From: Auanema rhodensis
Lineage: Eukaryota; Animalia; Nematoda
DNA: 64,000 nt
Direction of reading: 5' to 3'
NCBI GenBank assembly: GCA_964057225.1
Contig: OZ059894.1
Span: 13,392,001 to 13,456,000, forward strand
Shown: one piece after another, positions 1 to 13,300 of the stretch
Layout of the letters: the number at the start of each line of letters is the position of its first letter
Position numbering within the stretch: the first letter of the stretch is position 1
The notes under the pieces: generated by a model
Seen by the model: the letters and a program-made list of their open reading frames with translations, nothing else
Database searches by the model: none
Told to the model about the DNA's origin: nothing
Translations under genes and position numbers: made by a program

Positions 1-457
1 ACTCCTGATTCCGATTTATATTGGTCGGTGATATGTGAAATAGGTTTGCATTCTAAAGCAGAAGTTGATCAAATATCAATAATGAATTCAACAATTAAAG
101 GTTAATTATAATTTATTTGTTAACAATACTTTTTTATTTAGGATTAAATCAAGTTGGTATTCTTGTTAATGCAGACATAATGTCAAAATGGTTTTACTTG
201 TTGCCATATGGATATCCAATTCCATCAATCACTAGAGATGTTGAACTTAAAACAAGTTTAAATGAATTGGAGAAACATTCAATATATTCAAGAGGGAGGT
301 ATTAGTATGAAAAACAAACTTAAAACTTGTATGGAAATTTCTCGACAGATTTGGTGGATGGAAATATGAGTTTGCTAATCAAGACCATAGTTTTATGATT
401 GGATATGAGGTAGTGGATCGTGTTCTCTTTAACATCCCTGAGCAATTACATAAATAA
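1..457 (+). CDS. glf-1: UDP-galactopyranose mutase (eukaryotic UGM), last exons only
   Basis: Spliced translation [15 protein letters not shown]...[11 protein letters not shown]...[36 protein letters not shown]; [16 protein letters not shown] is the eukaryotic UGM C-terminal signature; TAA at 455-457. Confidence 0.85.
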
Positions 458-540
458 TTTTTTTAAATTAGTTTATAACTATAATATGAATAAATCTAAG
501 TTTGTATTAGTGATAAGATATACACACGAGATTGTTTGAC

Positions 541-2995
541 TTATCTCAACATCTCCGAAATTTCTTCACTTGTTCTACCTTTTGTCTCAGGTAAATGACT
601 GAAATTAAAGTATATTGATACAGTAAATGTGAAAAAAATATTGGGAAGGTTATAGCTTACTTATAAAAGTAGATTGCACTTGATGTCAAAGGTATTATAA
701 AAGCCAAGAAAGCTAAAGGTCCTACAACGCTGTATAACGGAAAATAGATCATAGGAGAAATAAAACATGAAATATATCTGAAAATAATATCTTTGTAAAT
801 TTGCGTTCATTTTATGTACTTACTGAGCAGCCAAGCTTGATGACTGAATTTTAGCTCGAGCTCCGATTGTTGAAAGCTCTGCTCCAAGAAACCAAGCAGT
901 AGGTCCAATTCCGGCACTAGAAACAAATAGTTTAATCTTACAATTTTTGTTACATTTACCTGAATAAAAACAGGAAAAGTATGAAGAGTATGAGGAAAGC
1001 CCATCCAATCCATAGACTATGAGTTGAATTGAATAAATAGACAAAGAACATCATACAGGTATTCACACCAGCCAATAGAAGTAATGATCCTAATACTAAC
1101 ACTCGTCTACCAATCTGGTAATTTATAAATAACTAATATATAAATAAAATATATATTTACTTTATCTACGTATACTGTTCCAATAATAGCTCCAAAAGTG
1201 CCTGACAAAGCACTTAAGCAATTAGCTAATGATGCTGATGTTTCGGTGAATCCAATTGATTGTAATAAGAAAGTACCGAAAAAGCTGACTGCCATTATAC
1301 CACTAAAAAAAAAGTTTTTTTTTCATCAAATTATAAATGATACCTGAAGGATACAACAATGTTCAAAGTGACAGATAATAATAATGCATTTCTGGTCGAT
1401 CTATAAATTTTAGATATTTGAACGTATTTAAAAACTATAAATTTGCTCACGGTGTCCACAGTATTCCTCGCAGACTATCAATTTGCTCTCGATTCTTTAA
1501 TTCTAACTGAATACGTTCCAAATAGTTTTCGTCAGGCTCAGAATACGCTTGGCAGGCAGCTTGTGCGGCAGCAATTTTTCCAGTTTTCAGTAAGTACACT
1601 GGGCTATCATAGAACCAAAAAATTATTGCAGCTGTTGCAATCTGAAAGGAATTTTTATCAAATAAGCACGGAACTATGAATATAGAATATCATAATTTGA
1701 AATATTAATAATATTTGCTTACAAAGCATGGTATGGATTCAAGATAATATGGTATCGACCATTTATCTTCTGTACCCAATGCTAATGGAATTCCCATTGC
1801 GCCTGCCACTATGAACCCAATATTGGTAGAAAAGCCTCCAATACTTCCAATGACACCACGATGACGAACTAAATATGATTATTGACAAAACAGAACTTTT
1901 TTATTAAGATTGAAAATTTATATTCATGACCATCAAAACAATGAAAGCTATAAGACTACATGAGAATTTACACGAACCTGGGCTAATTTCTGTTAGAAAT
2001 ACACCATGGGCAGTTGTTCCCATTCCAACTCCAATTCCACATATTAGTCGTCCAGCTATAAAAAGTTCTGCAGATTGAAAGCTATGCGACAAGCCTGACA
2101 ATGGCGCTCCGAATAAAAGTGTCTGAATTAAAATAACTTTACTATTTTTTCTAGTTTTATTTCCTCTATTATTTATTTATTTTTATCTTTTATTTGTTAT
2201 ACATTTTAAATAATTTGTGGAAAACTAACTATTGCTGATAATAAGAGACTTCTTTTTGGTCCATACTTTTCAATAAAGAAAGACATAAAGCAAGCTCCTA
2301 TAGCTGCTCCAATGAATAGACTTCCAGCTACTGCGGACCAGATTAGAGCTTGTCCTGATTCACTAAGATACATTTGATATCGACTGAAATACATTTTGAA
2401 TAATCTATAGATTTCATGATTATATTCCTTTTTCAATTATTATCAAGAGAAAATTGAAGGATGTTTTCTCAACTATCACATGTCTTTTTCATTACTATCG
2501 TATATGCTTTATAAAAATTTTGAATCAGGTCACTATCTATTCACTTAAGTAAAATAACTATTTCAAAACTGAAAAAAATGTTTTGCACATTTTTTTTTAG
2601 CAATGAAGAACAAAAGGTACTTCAGCTGATAACCAAACTAATCATTTCTCTGTTCAACCTTGAACTTGTTTCATTCATGTTTTATAATACAAATTTTAAA
2701 ATTTCACAAGTTATTTCCTGTATTCTAATCAAGAAGAGCAAACCTGTTGAAATTTTTCATCAAGAATGTTTGCAAAACATCTGCCATTGGATTAATAATT
2801 GAAACTTGAAAACCGAAATGAAATCCACCAGCAAGAACAGATAATATTGATGTGATTAAAAGACGAATTTTTGGAACTGATTGTCCTCGTATGATTTTTT
2901 CTTCTGAATATTTAGTTAATGAGAAATACATATTAGTAAAGTAATATACCTGCAATTGATTTAAATGATCCATCCTCCACCGTATACACTTTCAT
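541..2995 (-). CDS. MFS sugar porter (SLC2A/GLUT-like), multi-exon
   Basis: GGFHFGFQVSIINP, YGPKRSLL, GRLICGIGVG, FLTEISP, C-terminal LPETKGRT motifs; ATG at 2995, TAA at 541-543. Confidence 0.9.
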
Positions 2996-4043
2996 GTTGC
3001 TTCCGGAAAATAGAATTATAAAGTACAATTTTTTATAAAATGAAAGTTTATCTTTGAAGAAAAGAATTCATACATGTAACCTCTGACCACATTAGATTTA
3101 AAAGACTTATTCATTTCATTTAAAAAGAAGACATTCGGTAAAAAACCGGCCAAAAGAGGAACAACAAGCTTTTGTATTTTCTTTTCAATCATTATCATTC
3201 ATTTCTTCTACATTTTCGGGCTTTTTCTTCTTTTTTCTTTGCCTTTTCTAATGTGTGTTTCATCTATATCATAGAGAAAAGCACCTTCAATATCTACTTG
3301 AGACTTCAGGCTTTGCAAGTTTTGTTAAAAAAAAAAGAAGAAAAAAAACAGAAAAACTGAGAATACTCCAAAAAAAGTTTTGAGAATAAATAAAATGTAT
3401 TTATTAAATAATGATTCAATGAAATGCATGAGAAAATGAGTATTATCTAGTAAAACATCTCAAAAGGACCCAAATAGAAAATTCGAAACATTCTTGTTAA
3501 AGCTATCACCAAAGCTTCAAAGTTTTTTTATCGTTTAAATATAAGTAATTAGCTTGAACAAGTACATAAAAAGTGAACAGGTTTCATGTCTTCAAAACAT
3601 GAAATATACTGAAGAAATATAGATGATAAAAACACCAGTTTTATGAAAAAAAAAACGCTGACAGTACTCACGAAAGATTTCTCTTTTTTGCTCTTATTTC
3701 CGTTCTTAGTTTCAAGAAAAAAGACAATGAAAACCGTTGGGTCTTATGGCGACCTCTCGCTTTTCTTTATTCTTTTTCTATTTTCTAGTTTTTTTCGATA
3801 TCGAGTATTTTCAAGTTCTACAAATGTTCTTAATTACAACGAAAGTATCTGAATATTCAAGAGCTTCTCTAAAAAAATGTTTAAATAAAGTATTTTTATG
3901 TTAAATAATAATTACAAAATATTATTTATTTGATTGTTTATCCTATATGTAACTATAGAAATGATAAGATTGATGTAGACAAAGAATAATGGATTACATA
4001 TTGTCATACACATAAATACAAATGTATGCACATACATACATTA

Positions 4044-4074
4044 ATATATATATATATATATAAAGAGAGAGAAA

Positions 4075-4100
<26 letters not shown>
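4044..4100. repeat. Compound (TA)n-(GA)n microsatellite
   Basis: Directly visible. Confidence 0.9.
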
Positions 4101-4105
<5 letters not shown>

Positions 4106-6051
4106 AAAAATAATCTATGAATCTAATGAAAACATTTGATACACTTTTTCATGAGCTTCGAATTGAGAGAACATAAACTAACTGTCCATACAACTTGTTA
4201 ACCTTCCTCACGTAAACTTGTAACATTATTTCTTATAATTACATTTTTATTATTTTTTTCAAACATTTTTATGCTGTTTTGTGAAAAAAATATTGAAAAC
4301 ATGTGATATAGATCAGAACTTTTATTGTCCTTAGCATCTTTTATTTCACTACGATATCTTACATTGATATATTGAAATAATTTTGATGAAAACAAAAAAT
4401 CAAATTGTATATATGGTACCGTATAAGAGGGGAAAAACATAGTTAAGCTATAGAAAAAATTAATTAAGTCAAGATCAATCATATTGCATAATAGACAGAG
4501 AGGAGAGTTGTACAACACAGTAAGGAACAGCCTGTCATTCACTAATTTATCGGTTAATCTTCTGTTTTATGCTTTTTCCCTTTTTCTGAACCTCTCTCTC
4601 TGTTCCTCTCTCTTGTTACATGTATTTGACAATCTTTCTTTTCATCTCTCACTCAATCAGGATCTCTTTCCATCTTCTTTTTGTTTGTAATCATCTTTGA
4701 AATGTCTTTATCTATTGCCCAAAAACCCTCCAGATTCTCAGATGTAACCAGATTTATGTCGACAAATCAATCCATACATAGGAAACTGAATGATTAAATA
4801 ACCAATCATAAATTTTCAGTACTCTCATGATAGTGGCTACTGTGTGCATTTAAAGCATTTCGTAGTATAAACTTTGTAAATGTGCAACTGGTATAGTATA
4901 CGGAGAAAAATCTTACCTCGCAATATAAAGGAGTAAAAAAACACTTATAATGTATTAGCAATGATGGTCTCTCTTAGGACACCTTTGGAAAGTTAAAACT
5001 TAGTGAAAAAACTCATAAGGGTTTCTGAGCAATATAGAACATTTCTTTTTGATTATTGTTAAGAACTTTCTCAGACTCCCATTTTACATGTTTCTCATAT
5101 ACAATGAATTTTTGATTTTTTTTTTGTTAGATAAATCACTGAAACCAATTTTTAAAGGTAATACAGTAGTAGAAATTCTCTTAATTATGCATCAGAAATG
5201 TTAATTTACTTTCAACATCAAGTTTATATTTGAACTTTTTTTTTGGTTGATTTGAGAAAAGATCATTATGATCCTACATTTCCTCTTTAAATATTAAATT
5301 TTTGTTTAGGGAAAAAACATGTTACAAAGAATCGTAACATTTTCAGATTAGATACTATTTTTATGAAAGTAATTGTATTTATGTAAATCTAAATGGTAGA
5401 GATCTGAAATTATAAAAGTAATCTGCTGAATTCCATTGTTAGACGTTTCAAGTTTATGAGTTACTTAATTATATTTCACTATTCTGGACAAACCATGGAA
5501 TACATTCTGCATTTCTCTAATTCTCTGGTTTCAAACTTTTAATTTTCTCTCGCATTCTCGTTTCTTTTTATTCTCCTCCCCCCCATTGGTGTGTGGGAAA
5601 CAGCAGAGCTCTACCTCACTTCTCTTGATTATAGAATGAGCAATCGAACATTCTCAGTTTCAAGAATTCAAGGTTACATTTCCTTAGGTATACTCAGCTA
5701 TAGTTACATTCAAAATGTGTAATATACTTGTTATAGTATAGCTATAGCTTATGTCTAAGAAGGTGAACTTTAGTTTTACATTATTTTCTTTTTTTTTTTC
5801 ATTTCTTTTTTGAAATAAAAAAAAGGTTTCAATTGTATATCACCTGTATTTTCTACATACATATAGTAAGATAGATTTCTCGATATACTATACATATATA
5901 AGATAAAACTTATTTCATATTTGTTGTGCACTTTCTTGAACAATTTCTAAATGTAGAATTGAAATTGTTATACATTAACGCTATTTCTAATGGTTTTTTT
6001 ACATAAACCAATTATAGAGTTGTTATCGTCCATGTTTTTCTCATATTCTTA

Positions 6052-6056
6052 TATTT

Positions 6057-6102
<46 letters not shown>
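6052..6102. repeat. (TA)n microsatellite
   Basis: Directly visible; produces the spurious YIYIYI ORF. Confidence 0.95.
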
Positions 6103-6105
<3 letters not shown>

Positions 6106-6735
6106 TCTTAGATATATCTATCCAGTTACTTTATTATTTCATATTTTATTTTATTTTATTTTGCACAAGAAATTGAAAAAATTGATTTCTCTTTTCCTAA
6201 TTAAATATGATCGAATTAACTCTAGGCGTTGATAATATTATATTTATATCATATATACATTACATATATATATATATATATTATAATATATTTCTATAAT
6301 GATAATCAATATACTGCCGAAATCACTAATCAATACTGTTAAATACTAATAAAGTGTTTTCATATATTTATGGATATATAAAGCATATAAGTTGTTATTC
6401 ATTCCAATAATAATTCTCATGTTATTAATTACAAAAAACTTGAGAATGATTGTTTAATCTGAGAAGACATGTTTTTAGAAACGAAACATACCGTTCAATT
6501 TTAAAAAAGACAATAAAATTTTTTAGAATGATACATAAACGATTCAGAAATGAAATTACAATTACTGAAATTAATATATATACATATATATCAAATATGA
6601 TCTTACTTACTATTGATATCATTATATTAATTCGTTTTTCCATATCATATAATAAGTTTCAATATAAATATATCCTAAATTGCATCGTATTATTGAAAAT
6701 GTACACCTTTGTTTTATCTTTAGTTAGAGAGGGTA

Positions 6736-7774
6736 ATGGATGATCAGAAAAGGAGTTTATTTGTAACTGAAGGAGACTTAGATGAAGAAATAGATGTGGT
6801 AAATTTTATAAAAACATTGAAAAAGGTATTTACAAAAATAAAAAATAGATCTTTATAATTTGTTTATTCAGGTTGATTCAGGTCAAAATTCAAGCCACGA
6901 TAACAAATCTGTTCGAGAAAATAGCGAGAGTAGTGCATCGTCAGTTTTTACAAAACCTTTTTTTTTCTAAAAAGAATATCATACAAGTTGAAGTTTTTTT
7001 GAAATGTTAAAATGGCTTGAAATTAAAAACAAACTTTCTCAATTACATTTTAATATACTTTACTATTTATTATAACTCAGGAAATATTTTTACATAAATT
7101 GAAAATTAAAATTCAAAAAATTCGACTTAATTACCCATGTTGTTCTTAAATTTTTCTTAACTACTTTAATAATCATATGTATATTATAGTGGTTTAAGTT
7201 TAATATACTACTTCTATCTATTATAATTGATATTATGCCACAAATTAAGTTCATTTTAAAATATTTTCATTAATGAAAAATGTCATATTTCACATGTTCA
7301 TTATTTTTTAGCTTTTTTGTCGTTTTCAGATCGTCCACGGAGAAAGTAAACACCTGTACAAGTGATGAAAAGCATAAAAAATTAGCTGATAAGAGGTATA
7401 AATTCCGTTTTATTGCATTTTATTGAGAAGACTTGAAAATATTCTTAAGGTAATAAATATATCAGAACTTTTCAGATCTAATACAACAGAACAGCTCTTG
7501 GTTTCTATGCGACGTAGGTTTCAACATAGAGCAACTGAGCCGATTTTTCATAATATAGATACGTTATCAGAGGTAAACTTTTTTCTACACCTGCGTTTTT
7601 ATTTGGTGCTATGAGAGACAACTTCTTTTTTTTAAGAATAAAGGAATGTCATACTGTAACTCAGCAGGTGGATCAGACAATGCTCTAAAAATGCCTCAAG
7701 TCGATACAGAAGACTCGGGAGAAAATGTTAGTAACCGAATTGGATCTGCGAAGAAATACATTTCGAAAGATTAG
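6736..7774 (+). CDS. Uncharacterised protein of about 150 aa, 5 exons, largely disordered
   Basis: Five exons join in phase through GT-AG introns: MDDQKRSLFVTEGDLDEEIDVVNFIKTLKK|VDSGQ...|SSTEK...|SNTTEQLLVSMRRRFQHRATEPIF...|NKGMSY...SKD*. Confidence 0.65.
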
Positions 7775-8199
7775 CATTAATGGTATTTTGTAAATATTTC
7801 TGTGAACAAAGCAAAAACTAGAATCTAGCTATTCTGGCAATATTGTTTTAAGACTTTAATAAACAAACTGACGTTGAACTAACTAATTTGGATATCGACT
7901 CGTTTATATATGTATGCTTGAAATACGTTATTCAATGTAGCCTTTCCTTGTGGGCTTTCTTCTTAAGATATTTCCATAAACTCAATTATAGTTCATCCAA
8001 TTTATTCTCAAATATAACATTAAATTCAAATACATATTATAGATTTCAATGATATTTCAAGTAATAATTAGAATACGAAAAAACGATGAATACACGTAAT
8101 AAATGAACATGCCTGGAACTGGTTAGACATATTTAATAATAGCAAATACTCGGGAAAGAGGGAGGTAGCGTGAGAATATTGGTTAATTTATGCAGAAAT

Positions 8200-9167
8200 C
8201 TAATAAAGATGTGGCTCAGAATAGTTTGGTTGCTGATGATGTGGGTATTCACCTAATTGGTAGCCATCAATTAAAACATTTGGTATTGAAGGCATGATTT
8301 GTGTAGGATTGAAGAATGGAGCACAGTTAGCAGTTTCGGGACCCTGAATATCAATCCAATTCACCGATGGCAATGATGATGGTGATGTTGAGAATGTTGT
8401 ATTTCCAAGAGATCCCATTGAGCTTACGGGAGAATTGCTGCTAAATATTTGTTTGCAAAAGATGAATTAACGATTAAATTACCTTTGGTTGTGAATATCT
8501 TCTTCAGAAAAAGTTTCAGAACTGTTAAGAGTTGGTTCCGCTTCCGGCTTGTCTTCAATGTCATCATCCTCAATGAGTTTACCTTGCTTACGAAGGTTAT
8601 ATCTTCTATTTTGAAACCAAATTTTGACCTAAGATACCAAGAAGTTATAGAAAAATTGTAATGTAATATATTACTTGATCACTTGTGAGACCAATTGCTT
8701 CAGCAAAAATCTTGCGTTCTGGTAAACGAATACTGTTCTTCTGGGTGAATCTGTATGAATATATGAATACAATTGTAGAGCATAATTGATAACCCTTACC
8801 TTTCTTTAAGTTTAGTAATTTGGAAAGTGGTGAACTTTGTTTTTTTTTTGCCGTGATCCAATTTAGATGCAGCTGAAATACATGATCTAATATGTAATGT
8901 CACAAATGAACTTACGATCACGGATCATCATTGAAGGACATGCAAAAAATGGGGTTGGCCAGTTGTATGGAGGCATGTAATTGACATAGCTAGAGAAGAA
9001 TATTAGTAATTTAATTATTATTTTGAACAATTGTAAACTTACTTAGTTGGGGCAGTAGTAGGAGGATATTGTCCGTACATATAAAAGTGAGAAGAAGTGG
9101 GAACAGGAGCATTCAAGGTGGATTCATAATATCCAGTAGTGATATTCTTTTCTTTCAAATGTTCCAT
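8200..9167 (-). CDS. Divergent ANTP/NK-class homeodomain transcription factor
   Basis: Spliced homeodomain KKKTKFTTFQITKLKERFTQKNSIRLPERKIFAEAIGLTSDQ|VKIWFQNRRYNLRK; TTTTCAG acceptor 3 nt before the ATG. Confidence 0.9.
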
Positions 9168-10371
9168 TTTCTGAAAAAAATAACGATACTATAATGACTA
9201 CAGAGAGGAGATAAAGAGACAAGAGGAAAAGGTAATGATTAATGTTTTGGTAGATTTCTTATGTTAAATAAGGGGAGGAGCATCTAAACTTACGGTAAAA
9301 AATAAGTATGGTTTGCGGCAAACTCAGTTGCCGTTGGGACAAGACGGCAACTTTAGTTGCAACCACCTTTGGCAAAAAAATGAGAGCTCTTAATAAGAAG
9401 AGCTCTCAAAATTGGGAAAACGTAAAAAATGTTTAAAAAAATAAAAACGAAGATTGAAAACTATAAACCATATTGAAGCTATATGACGAATAACTATAAA
9501 TCAGAACACCAGATCTTAAGACAGTTGAGAAAGCATTATCTTATTTCAGAGCTGTTGTTTGCAGAGACTGATTGATATTTCCAATTTTTTCAGAGCTTAT
9601 GTATTCCTTTCGATGACCTGAAATGATAAGAATTTCAACAACTTGTCAAATTCATCAGCAAGTGGCATACTGCTCAGTGGCAGTGTTAATGAAGTGTGAA
9701 CCACCCAATGGCAACAGATATACTCCGTGAGTAACATAACACCTTGTTCATTTCAGTTCAACAATCATATCACCAGTAATTGCCACACAGATTAACAGAT
9801 AGTAGGTCATTCATTCTATGAACTTTCTGAATTATCTGGATGTTCATGCAGTTCTATCTCCCTTGTATAACATCAAATGAATTTGACTTATTCAATGCTT
9901 TAATGATCAGAATTAATGAAATATTTTTCGACTAATTTACTTGCTCCATACTTATATTCTTTATGTAATAATAATGAAGAATTTTTTGTTTTGTAAGTGA
10001 AGGAAATAAGTGACATTTCAAATATCACAAAGGGCTGAAGATGATCTAACCCAGTTGAACATTATATGTAAAAGATTTTGATTTTTTCTTCCTTTATGTA
10101 GCCAAGAGAAAACTCCGTGATAAGTCGGTATGTTGCAATGTAATACGTTATGCTTTTTGTATTCTGAAAAAAGTTAACTGGAAATTGTGTTCCATGGTTG
10201 AACAGTTTCAGTATGCAAGGTGGCAACACTCCTCTGCGCAGAGACTGCAAAATTGGCCACGCCCATTTTTCGAATTCAATTTCACAAAAATGCTATGCTG
10301 TAGAAATTTCTTTGTTACAGAATTTATACTTTAAAAATATGTTTGATTATTCTTAAAATCAACTTATAGGA

Positions 10372-13300
10372 ATGGTTGCTCAATCTGAAAGGAAACCTAA
10401 TTCTACTCATGTATCCATTGAAGACTTCGAAAATGATACGATAACTGAGGTTAACCGTGTTTCATGTTATCTGCAAAATCATGTTTGTTTTCAGGTAGCA
10501 GCCTTGTACTGGGCTCCTTTTACTCAGAATCATAAGTCATATGAAGCAGCTTTAGTTGATAAAATATACCAAAATGAAATGGTAAAAACTAATTATAGCC
10601 CCAAAAGAACTGTTATGTTAGAATTCAGGTTTGTAAGAGACTTTCAATTCTAAATGTATTCTATTTTTAAGTCAATACCTCGAATGTTATTTGTGGCCTA
10701 ATTTTTCTGATAATGCATCTGTGCCTCACATGTTATCAATTGCTATTATGGTTAATGAAAAGTTTCGAGAAAGAGTTCCTGCCTGGCAGGTAAGTATAAA
10801 TGAGATGAATGGATTTTAAAAAAACGAGTTTCAGTGTTTTATGGATAAACCAGAACAATTTTCAAATTTCATCTATCGTATATTAAATATGGCACTCCAA
10901 ACAGAAGGGCTTACTAGTGCTGAACAATGTGCCATTTTTACATTCCTTGTCAACTGTTTCAATTCTGTGGTAATTCTTTCTATTGTTGAAAAAGGAAATA
11001 AAAACGTAATTTCAAGGAAATAGATATAGTTCGTGAACAAATGATGAAGCTTACTAACATGGCTATTTGGGTTAATTTGCTACCATCCCAGAGAGAAGAT
11101 CTATTCCTGTGTAATAAGGTATTCTGTTAAATAATATTGAAAGTGTTAATGGAAAACTTGCAGAAGCTTCGAAAGTTTTGGAAAACTTTAGAAAAAAAAT
11201 TTGGAACAGAAGAAGATCCGAAACGGGCCGAGTTTGAGCGAAATTTTCTATTTAATCTCATAGAAAGATTCAAAAAAATTCTCGACAAATTTAATGACGA
11301 AAGCACAGGTATTTATATTTTCTTCAAATCTATATATATGGAAAATTTTGTTAGAAATTGATGTTGATGATATACACTATTGTGAACGTTTCATAGAACT
11401 CATGATTGATCTCGAAGCTCTTCTCCCTACCAGGTCAGTATTAATTATATTACTTATTAAAAGTTATGTTATTTAAAGGAGGTTCTTCAATGCAATATTG
11501 CACTCCACTCATTTGTTAACTCATTGTTTACTATCCAAATTAATTACATCTGAAGCTGGAACTTTGTTCTGTCAGTTAGTCACAATGCTCAAATTTTATG
11601 CTCGGTTTGAAATCGATGATGTAACAGGGCAGCAATTGTCACATAAAGAGGTATGCTGGCTTGAGTAATTCCTTTCGGAGTATGAATTTCAGGTAGCCGA
11701 GAAACATTATGAACACGTAATTCAATTACAAAAAGCAGCATTCAAATATTTCAAGTAAATATATTATTATATTGCATTCCATATATTTGTTTTCAGAGAA
11801 AGTATGCCTGATTTTTATTTGTTAAACGTTAGTGGCGTTGATACCAGAAAAGCTTTAATTCAACAATTGAAATATATGAAGTGCGTTCATGTCAAAAACA
11901 AAAACAAAAAAATACTTTCAGAATCGAGGAAATATATCGCTTTGCCGAATACCTCCATCTTGTTCCTCCCGCTAGTCCTGCTTTGTTCGACAAATATAGT
12001 AAAGAATTTTTGTCCGAGACTATCGTAAGTTAATATTTTTAGCTATTCAATTATTATTTCTTTTCTTAGACTCTTCATTGTGAACGAAGAGTAAATCAGT
12101 TGCAACAACTGAATGAGCAACCTCTTTATCCAACTGAGAAAGTTATTTGGGATGAAAACGTTGTGCCTTATGAGCATTATTCCGGAGAAGGTTATTTATT
12201 AAAATTTAGAGAGAACACTAAAATTTATATTTGCGTCTTTTCAGGTGTACTAGCACTGTACAAGCTCAATTTGCAATTCTTGACACTTCATGATTATTTA
12301 CTCCGAAACTTTTCTTTGTTTCAATTGGAATCAACCTGTAATTGTTTATACTATATTTTATCTGTGTCTCTCTCATCATTCAGATGAAATTCGTCAGGAT
12401 CTTGAAGATGTTCTTTTCCGTCTAAAGCCTTGGAGGCATGAAACAAAGGATGAAACTGTATGGGGAGGATGGGCACGCATGGCTCTTCCTCTTGAGCATT
12501 TCCAAATTGTCGAGGTTCAATTGCAATTTTTAACCCATTTGATTATATATTCATAATAGGTTGCCAAACCATTAGTTGGAGAGAAAAGCCCTGCGTCTGT
12601 CAAGGCTGATTTCTCAGTGAATATTGGTAAGAGAATGGACATTAGGCAAGAATGGGAGTGTAAGTTCATCACTTCTGTATCAAGTCTACCGTCATATTCC
12701 AGCACTTCGCAAACATGATGTATGTTTTTTGGTAACTTGTAGAGCTGAAGCTCCCGTTGGCACGAAATATAACACTAGAACTCCATTTAAAGACCAAATC
12801 CAAGTAAACTCTTTTTCCCATATGTCATACTTATCGTAATTAAGGTAACCTATGTTCGTGGTTGTGAAATAGAGGGAATGCTTGATCAGAATGGGCAAGT
12901 CATTGAAGAATACGGTATGACTTAGTTTTGGCTTCATTTTTTAAAAATATATTTTCTAGCTTCTTATGAAAAAAAAGTTACTGTTCCGGGAGAAATCAGA
13001 AAGTATCGTGTTTCTCTGGATCCAAATCAATATCGTATTGATATGGAGGAACGTGCTGAAACCAACTCAGAAGATGTTTATTATACTTTTAACCTTGTGG
13101 TTCGTCGGGATCCCAAAACTAACAATTTTAAGGCGAGAATATATAATATTTCGTAAAAATTAACGTTTATGCATTTGTAGGCCGTTCTTTCCACTATTAG
13201 ACAATTGTTAAACACTGATTGTGTTGTTCCTGATTGGCTTACAGACGTTGTGCTTGGATACGGTGATCCTGATTCAGCTCATTATACAAAGTTTTGTTTT

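Noticed and set aside
4186-4210. let-7-complementary-looking stretch CCATACAAC...CTTCCTCA
   Set aside because: Seed mismatch, no hairpin partner and not in an evident plus-strand 3' UTR
5595-5618. TGAGGTAG (let-7 family seed) on the minus strand
   Set aside because: No complementary arm within pre-miRNA distance
7127-7142. TTAATTACCCA similarity to the SL1 leader
   Set aside because: Only 11 AT-rich bases; no splice donor or Sm site follows
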